Program-made: the position numbers and the translations under genes
The notes under the pieces: generated by a model
What the model was told of the DNA's origin: nothing
What the model saw: only the letters and a program-made list of their open reading frames with translations
Database searches by the model: none
Assembly (NCBI GenBank): GCA_965644265.1
Contig: OZ286476.1
Span: forward strand, 4,650,001 to 4,714,000
Direction: 5' to 3'
Source of the DNA: Glycera tridactyla
Taxonomy: Eukaryota
DNA: 64,000 nt
In this document: positions 55,761 to 64,000 of the stretch, piece by piece
Numbering within the stretch: the stretch's first letter is position 1
How the letters are laid out: each line of letters opens with the position of its first letter

Positions 55761-57607
55761 CTGAATCAGAAATATATGTCTATTTTTATACACATATATC
55801 AAGATATTGCAAGTTTGTTGAACGTAGCTACACAAAAAGAGGTTTTCCTACTTCAGCACAAGCGAGAGACAGAAAGGAAATGAGGATGGATTTTTCTTAG
55901 AATAGATGGGGTCATTGTGTCATAATTGCATTCTCTTAATATGAGCAAGTGCTGCCCTCAGATATAGGAGAGATTTGGATGAAGGTGATGCAAGATGAAA
56001 GTAAATTCAGTAGGCAAAAAAGAAGGGCAGACGATGTTTGTGGGTGCCCAATTAGGGTGATTCCCACATGAATAGTACATAGTTCATAATCTTTCAATAT
56101 GATGGTGGTAATACTGATGCAGATATGAGCATCCTGTCAAAAAATATGCCATAGATGCTCGCACACACCCGAAACACATTCTGAGTACACAACCAATTTG
56201 TACAGCCAGATTGAGGACAGAGGTAACCTACCTCCGGACAGTGACCCACCACAACACTGTCTGTCCACTCGAATATACCCAGAATATATAAACCCAGCTG
56301 CTTTCAAGATCCGCTTACCAGAGATCCGATAAGTACATTTCTGAATTCTTCCATGTCTCTTTGACAGCCTCATAATAAGGATTAATCATTCACAACACCC
56401 ATCATACATACACTCCCTACAGATATCAATTACACATCCCCCTTAACGATCTTGACCTTAACCAAGGGGTGACGTGCTGTACTTTGGCTGCACCTTGAAC
56501 CATTAGCATCATAGCATGCCAGAGAATATGATGTTTTAATGGGATTTTCATCTGCTGGATAGTGAATATACAACGAGCATCAAATTGGTGGTGAGGAGGT
56601 CCAAATAGCATTGTTCCTCAGCACTATTTGTTTGTATACAAAATTGTTTATGACTCTGTGAATAGGTGCCCAGTACTGATAATTACACATAACTTATATA
56701 AAGAGTCGGGAAGTATCATGTCATGAAACATGACAGCCAAATTATCACATATACACTCGGTCAAATTGATCATTCATCCAATGGTTATACAAACAGGATC
56801 TGCTGATATACATCAAGTATACCAGAGGAATATGGGTTATGCGTGCTTAATCCGTGGACCAAGTACTGGGCGTATGGCGCAAGACTCGCTGAAGCAACCA
56901 AATCTTACCAAAATGACATAATATCGGTCAGTTTGATTTGATTTTCAAACAGTATTCACGGATGTATTCGCCAAAAAGTCATTAATTATCATTCATCAAG
57001 AATTTCTGACAGAAACCGGCGAAATTCGCCATGTTCAGTCATTTCAGCAAAGCCTGTGAGTTGAATGAAATTGACACTGCTATAGGGCCTCGGACAGTGC
57101 CGTCCGTCGTACCTGGTGACAGCGACCAAGTACACGCTAGCAGGGTTAATTATTAAGTCCAGGCGGTGAAGGCTGTGATGGTGGCAGTGATTACTGTGTT
57201 CCATCAGATGGAAATGTAGTAACCATAGTGGGAGAAGTGTGTGATCAAGCTTACTCAGTGTGACTGTTAGTCTTCTATATGGCGAAAAGTGGTTGCGATG
57301 AAAGTGAGTCGTTGAGTCGTGATAGAAGCAGCAAGTTATGGCAGAAGATCACTGAGAGGAATTTGCATGAAGTGAAAACATATAAGGTCCAGAGCTGGCG
57401 AGCAAAGAAATTATCAACACTTTTGACAAATTCGATCTTGGGAAAATATTATCAGTCTACTGGAATGGGTGAACAATTGAGGTCATTCCAGCCAAAAAAC
57501 TTCTGCATTGAGTCATCTACGCCATGCCGAGAGTGATGAGAGAATCGCAAAAGTCGATCAGATGAATACTGGAAGAGACGGGATGAGAGGAGTCTGATAT
57601 GCAGGGG

Positions 57608-58071
57608 ACAGTCAAATGGACAGCCAGGTGGGCAGTCAGATAGGCAGTCAGATGGGCAGTCAGATGGACAGTCAGATGGGCAGTCAGATGGGCAGTCAGA
57701 TGGGCAGTCAGATGGGCAGTCAGATGGACAGTCAGATAAGCAGTCAGATGGGCAGTCAGATGGGCAGTCAGATGGGCAGTCAGATGGGCAGTCAGATGGG
57801 CAGTCAGATGGGCAGTCAGATGGGCAGTTAGACGGGCAGTCAGATGGGCAGTCAGATGGGCAGTCAGATGGGCAGTCAGATGGGCAGTTAGACGGGCAGT
57901 CAGATGGGCAGTCAGACGGGCAGTCAGATGGGCAGTCAGATGGGCAGTCAGATAAGCAGTCAAATGGGCAGTCAGATAGGCAGTCAGATGGGCAGTCAGA
58001 TGGGCAGTCAGATGGACAGTCAGATGGGCAGTCAGATGGGCAGTCAGATGGGCAGTCAGATAGGCAGACAG
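57608..58071. repeat. 12-bp minisatellite (cagtcagatggg), about 38 copies
   Basis: Near-perfect tandem array. Confidence 0.97.
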
Positions 58072-58775
58072 CTGTCATAATTCGTTGAGAAGCTGTTGGA
58101 TCTAGGGAGGGGGGAAGGGCAGTGCTATATAACTAGATGGCATAGAGTTATTTGACCCATAGTATGTATATTGTTATTGCACATGTTTGCGAGACTTTGA
58201 CGAGGGGGGGGGGGCGCTCAGTGAATGATTACTTGTCGATCTTCTAATGATATGGACTTGAGATTGGTAATGGTGTCGATTTCCTGCTCGCCTGAAACTA
58301 TTTCATGGATGACAGCCAAATATATCTATTGTAGCATGCTGTCACTTTATCAGAGGTGGTCCTATCGTGAGGGTTCGATGAGGGCAACACATGCACTGGC
58401 AAGTTGAGAATTTGATGTATGGTTGGTCAACTATCTGTTTAGCCTCGACAACAGTGTCCCGTTTGCCCGACTTTGCCATCATCAGTCGATGGACGAGCTA
58501 AGATACATGCTTCTCTGGACTCATAGTAGATATGACTAAGCAGCTGTCAACTTTTCTTCACGAATAACAAAGTGGTGTTTAATTACTTTTTCAAACGACA
58601 TATCATTTTCCCATGTTGTGGAATAGAAATTGATTTCTGATTGCTGTTCATTCAGATTTGATTTGCAGGGAGAGGTCTGATAACTGTAGAGACCAACATC
58701 AAACCTGGACAGGGATGAATCAGGTTTTGGGTCAGGCTCAGATAGGACTGCATCATTGAGAGGTTGGTATTCATT

Positions 58776-59720
58776 GGGTAGGAACCCATCATTCAGTAAT
58801 ACATGGGCACAGTCATCAGTCATCATCAGGTAGGAACCCATCAATCAGTAATACATGGGCACAGTCATCAGTCATCATCAGGTAGGAACCCATCAATCAG
58901 TAATACAAGGGCACAGTCATCAGAAATCATCAGGTAGGAACTCATCATTCAGTAATACATGGGCACAGTCATCAGTCATCATCAGGTAGGAACTCATCAA
59001 GTAGTGATACATGGGCACAGTCATCAGTCACCATCAGGTAGGAACTCATCAAGTAGTGATACATGGGCACAGTCATCAGTCACCATCAGGTAGGAACCCA
59101 TCAATCAGTAATACATGGGCACAGTCATCAGTCATCATCAGGTAGGAACTCATCAAGTAGTGATACCTGGGCCCAGTCATCAGTCACCATCAGGTAGGAA
59201 CCCATCAAGTAGTGATATATGGGCACAGTCATCAGTCACCATTAGGTAGGAACCCATCAAGTAGTGATATATGGGCACAGTCATCAGTCACCATTAGGTA
59301 GGAACCCATCAAGTAGTGATATATGGGCACAGTCATCAGTCACCATTAGGTAGGAACCCATCAAGTAGTAATACATGGGCACAGTCATCAGTCTTCATCA
59401 GGTAGGAACTCATCAAGTAGTGATACCTGGGCCCAGTCATCAGTCACCATCAGGTAGGAACCCATCAAGTAGTGATACATGGGCACAGTCATCAGTCACC
59501 ATTAGGTAGGAACCCATCAAGTAGTAATACATGGGCACAGTCATCAGTCTTCATTAGGTAGGAACTCATCAAGTAGCAATACATGGGCACAGTCATCAGA
59601 AATCATCAGGTCGGGTCCCGTCAATCAGTAAGACATGCACACAGTCACTGTTCATCATCAGCTAGGAACCTATCAATCGTTATAACATCAGCACAGTCGC
59701 CAATCAACCTTAGGTAGGAA
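58776..59720. repeat. 51-52-bp minisatellite, about 18 copies
   Basis: ggtaggaac(c/t)catcaa...atgggcacagtcatcagtca(c/t)cat in tandem, degenerating at the right end. Confidence 0.95.
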
Positions 59721-59823
59721 CCTATCCCTTCCTTCTTGAATTTCAACAGGACCAATGTGGTTTTCACAAACAGGTTTGACTATATCTTGTTGATGATGAA
59801 ATAAATGTGATACCTAGACTCAC

Positions 59824-59844
59824 CTGTCAATTTGTGGTTGACGC
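59824..59844 (-). CDS. Candidate micro-exon of gene copy 2 (21 nt, GVNHKLT; an alternative acceptor gives 58 nt)
   Basis: Donor |gtgagt at 59823 with a downstream intron homologous to 18373+, and an upstream intron homologous to 16170-16260. The acceptor is ambiguous. Confidence 0.4.
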
Positions 59845-61292
59845 CTGAATGAACCCAGTCTCTTCCAGAAGTCAGGATCTTCTAATGTGGAGATATGAAG
59901 TCAAGAAGACAGATGAGTTGGGTTAGATCCACAATACAATACGAGCATTAGGCAGTTCATTCCCCATAGAAAAAATGCCCAGGGACCACAAAAAAATCTC
60001 ACAGTCTACCAGAAGATGAGAGGTGAGTCAGTCATACCAATGGGATATTGGTGACAGCTACCGATGACCATAACAAGGGAAATAATATTGAAGAAAAACA
60101 GACAATGACGTCGATAGCAATAATGGAAAAGTGTCAATATTGGATGACAGAATAGAGTGAAGGGGCTTGTCCAGGACTGATTGCACTAATTTATAACTAG
60201 TCAGCTAAGTGAGTCCTTTCACCATCCAATATGCAACAAAATAATATCATCTGAGAGGGAGATTACGTCAGTTTTCCCTGAAATTTTGGAGGCAAAAGGG
60301 CAATTCAATCAGAACAATGTCTTGAGATGACCATGTTCCAAAACTAATGTTTGGTATCTGTAATCAGATATGTGAGATTGGATACTTCCCCTTCTCATCG
60401 ATAGAAGCCATTATCATCACAATGGCGAAATATCTATCGAATCATGTGAACTACATATCTACTCGAATGGACATAGAAGAAAGAATGTCGATTTCCATTG
60501 AGGATATTTTTGGGGAATCAGTCTTTTTGTGTTTACCTTCCAAGATGATTTCGGACTAGGGAATCAGGGATTCAAAGGAAAAAAACATTCTGCTTGTTGC
60601 TCTTTATAGCATCATAGTGGAAAACGTTACCCAATACAGAACACCAGTTGCATCCAGCAAACCTTTTGTAGATGTTTCGAGACGGGACTGATAGGATCAA
60701 CTTCAAATTTTTCAAAGTCAAAATAATTTGCATGCATTCTTATGGATCAATAACATGCTGCAAAGAACCTCTTCTCTTGACAAACGCATGCAACTAAATG
60801 GGCGAATGAGACACATGATATGATAAAGTGTAGCACATTATCCCGAAACTTGAGAGAAAGTGCAGATGGATTCAATGAATAGAGAAAGGGGAATAGTTCT
60901 TTCACTTCGATGACAGGGCACATATTCATATCTCAGAAATCCACTTCTTTCTGAAAAAAGAGGTGATTCAATCGTTTCACTCGCTGGAATCATCTCACAG
61001 ATTAACATACTCTTTTCCCTAATTGTAGAAAACTATCATACATTGGGGAAAAGTGAAAGAATTTGAAAAAAAATGTCATGCCTCTTCATGGAAGATGATC
61101 CAACAGACATATTCGATAATTTGCTTGAGCAGGAGCATTTGAACAATCGGAGATCATCTGCATGCTAAATCAGTAGTTATTTTACAATACCATCCCCTCC
61201 ACAAAAGTCGATTTTGATGGAACCAGTGAGTTTTTTTCAACAGGTTCGACTGTATCTTGTCCATGATGTAATGAATGTAAGACCACACTCAC

Positions 61293-61331
61293 CACTGACT
61301 ATTCGACGGTCACCGCTCTGCATGACAGGTT
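61293..61331 (-). CDS. 39-nt phase-1/phase-1 micro-exon of gene copy 2 (EPVMQSGDRRIVS)
   Basis: ttttgttctcttcag| ... |gtgagtgtggtcttacatt. The flanks closely resemble those of exon 18331-18372. Confidence 0.65.
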
Positions 61332-62829
61332 CTGAAGAGAACAAAAAGTAAAAATCTAATTTGATGAGAGATATAAAGTCAAGGAGACAGATGAGTAGGA
61401 GGATTCACAGGACTTTATAAGCATGAGGCAGTCCTTCCTTCAGAGAAAAAACTCCCAGGGACCACCACATACCCCACAGTCTACCAGAGGATACAAAGTA
61501 GGCAGACATACAACCATAATACTATTGACAGCTACTGGTGACCATGACCACGAAATGATTTTGAAAGATATGACAGATGGATGGGTCATTTTCAGTGACG
61601 TAACAGATGGATGGGTCATTTTCAGTGACGTAACAGATCCCCCGGCTTTGAATCCCACACGTGCAGTCCTCTGCCACACTTTAATGTATCTTGTAAATGA
61701 CATATTTGGTGTATTCACCCGGATGCGTTCTGGGATGGAGAGATGTTGAATACTACTAAATCAATCAATCAATCGATCACTTATGCTGTTGAGTTCTTTT
61801 GTGATCGCATCCATAGTAGTAACGATGTCAGATCTCCTGTTATCGCATGATCCGATCGAGACCCGCGATGATATTGATGATGATCTGTAATGATCCGGAG
61901 AAAGATGATGAAGTTGCTCTCACACCTGAACTTGGGAGCTGATCCAAAGACATTACTCATGGTTCACCAATCACTTGTGCAGTCATCTTCGGAGCATATG
62001 TGCACAATCTTATGATTCTGAATGCTCCTCTGTGTGAAAGGAGTGACTCAGTCAGGCGAAGAACCATTATAATACTATCCAGTTAAACCTGCTAAACGAA
62101 CGATGTCTATGAAGAGGCCACGTGCCTAAGTCCCAACTGAGCTGCAACTGTGATAGTATTTCCTACAGAGAACTACCTCCCGACGAATGTCACCTGTCAT
62201 GTGTGATGGAGAATTAATATTGATGTCTGAATCCCATGTGACTGCCATGGTCATACCAGTCAATTCACCATTTCTCATCTGATTATAGAATTATTGGCAT
62301 GCCTGAAATGTATGGATCATTCGTGGACATAGAACTTGATTTACGATAGTCTTGGTGCTCTTGAAGAATATTTGCTTCCAGTTGTTGCTTTTTCGTGGCA
62401 GAAAAACTGACCAACGCTGCCCTCTCCCCCACTTTCGACTCGCTTGGAATCAACATATCTGATGCATTCGGACTCTTCCTTGGTTGATCTGACGTTGAGC
62501 AACACTCAATCGATCAATCAGTCATGCTGGTGAATTATATTGTGATCACATCTACAGTGGGCAAGATGTCAAATATCCTGGCATTGTATCATCCGATTGG
62601 GACCTACACTGATATGGATAATTATCTGTAATGATCGAGAGAAGCATGATGATTCACCAATCCAAGCATGGCAGGAATATTGCTATACAGCACATTTACT
62701 TTCGAAGGTACATCAATTGGTAAACGAGCAACCAGCCTCAATATAGTATGGGACTCCAACCAATGCATCAATTGATGAAAAGAAATGATGTTATTCACAC
62801 CATCGCGCATCCGTTCCAGATGAGACATT

Positions 62830-63045
62830 AGGCTTATTCGACTGGTCGCTTTCGTTGAGTACGGCCGGGTCGTTGAGTACTTTTTCATATTCGGGTGGTG
62901 CGTTAACACTTTTTCGTTGTTTACGATCTTAACGGTCATTTGACTACGTTGAACTCATTAAACGAAACCTATTCGGGTGGGCTACGTTCGTTAGGTAAAT
63001 TACCGTCAACGGACTTTCAACGAAAGCGACCAGTCGAATAAGCCT
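62830..63045. mobile_element. 216-bp MITE, copy 2
   Basis: Perfect 29-bp TIR aggcttattcgactggtcgctttcgttga and a 3-bp ATT TSD. The empty site is visible in the paralogous intron at 10886-10897. Confidence 0.9.
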
Positions 63046-63439
63046 ATTGATTGGTAACCATACAACTAGTCCCAATATAGCAAAGAGAAATTGCGTCTTC
63101 ACTGAAAAGAGATATTCTTATCAATTTTTTGAGCATGTTCATTTGTTCCGGGTTCAGGAGAGTAGTGTTTGTTGAAGACAGAGAATCCAGCTCTCATAAA
63201 TCACGGACACCTGACATGTATAAAATGTTCAGGGTTTGTGTGAGCGTTGCCTGCAGAAGACAAGAAATCCAGCTGTCACAGATCAGGAAGACATGACATG
63301 CATAATGTGTTCAGGGTTTGTGTGAGTGATGCCCGTTAAAGACTTAGATCAGGGACAACGGCATGCATGATCATCAGAGCTGGTACATGTTATCCAACTC
63401 CGAAAACTTTTGCATCAAACCAAACACAAACAGACTTAC

Positions 63440-63503
63440 CTCCTTGAACATAGGAGACACCAAGTAGTGCCACAGCGATCAGAACAACAAGGATGGTCCG
63501 CAT
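63440..63503 (-). CDS. Exon 1 (signal peptide MRTILVVLIAVALLGVSYVQG) of secreted-peptide gene copy 2
   Basis: 64-nt exon with phase-1 donor AG|GTAAGT. It differs by two amino acids from copy 1, and the upstream region is homologous to 9580-10125. Confidence 0.8.
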
Positions 63504-63588
63504 CTTGAGGGAGTTGAAGATCTTCTTGGATTGAGAGTGCAGTCCTACAAGGCTGTATGATATGATATCAACTGGCTCCTCATGACTC

Positions 63589-63596
63589 CTTTTATA
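63589..63596 (-). promoter_or_regulatory. TATA box of gene copy 2
   Basis: TATAAAAG on the minus strand at the same distance from the ATG as in copy 1. Confidence 0.65.
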
Positions 63597-64000
63597 AGTT
63601 ATATTTGCAAGTCATATGATGCAGGTGGGCTTTTTAAAAATCACATATTTCCAAAAGGCAATTATCATTAATTCAAAACGTGCATTAGAATATTCAGAAG
63701 TAGACAATAATATGGCAGCATTTGCATTGTAATTCTTAACCAACTGAAGAATTAGCATGATGTATATAATGCAGTATTTTCAATACTCATGAATATTCTA
63801 GGATATATATTAAGGTGCCCTTCACAAATGTGTACATTTGCAAGCTACCTGAATTAGCAGCTCCCGGAATCCATTTCACTCACTCCGCTCTCTAGCTCGA
63901 CGAAAATGCCGCATCCAGGAACATGAGACTACTCCTTCTCTTGGGGACTTATGCCCATCGCATGAGTGTCACTATATAGCTCAAATGAAGCTGAATCAAC

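Noticed and set aside
57452-58078. 208-aa (SDCP)n Cys-rich protein and overlapping (TAHL)n and (SQMG)n ORFs
   Set aside because: These are expected by-products of a stop-free 12-bp minisatellite, with no splice or promoter support.
61241-61254. caggttcgactgta as an end of the 7197-7370 MITE family
   Set aside because: It aligns with intron sequence of the micro-exon cassette (compare about 59770 and 18410), so the match is coincidental.

Overview
Eukaryotic, repeat-dense genomic DNA, probably from an invertebrate animal (spliceosomal GT-AG introns; the taxon cannot be fixed from sequence alone). There are two assembly gaps (18979-19164, 21264-21429). The centre is a nested retroelement complex. 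An apparently intact, very young Ngaro-type tyrosine-recombinase retrotransposon (30757-38038, split direct repeats A1-B1-A2-B2) carries an SGNH/GDSL hydrolase ORF upstream of gag, RT/RNase H and YR. It is inserted into a minus-strand CR1/L2-group LINE-like unit (about 23147-41085). That unit appears to comprise a long ORF1, its own free-standing SGNH ORF, about 20 palindromic 29-bp repeats with variable spacers, and an APE-RT ORF2. Flanking this is an inverted pair of secreted-peptide genes (signal exons at 10126+ and 63503-) built from duplicated intron cassettes, each holding one hypervariable, frame-symmetric phase-1 micro-exon. The rest is DIRS relics with canonical ICR/ITR ends, LINE 3' tails, a tRNA-derived SINE, MITEs, an Academ-like transposase relic and several satellites. 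All homology calls come from motif recognition and alignment by eye; no database search was run.
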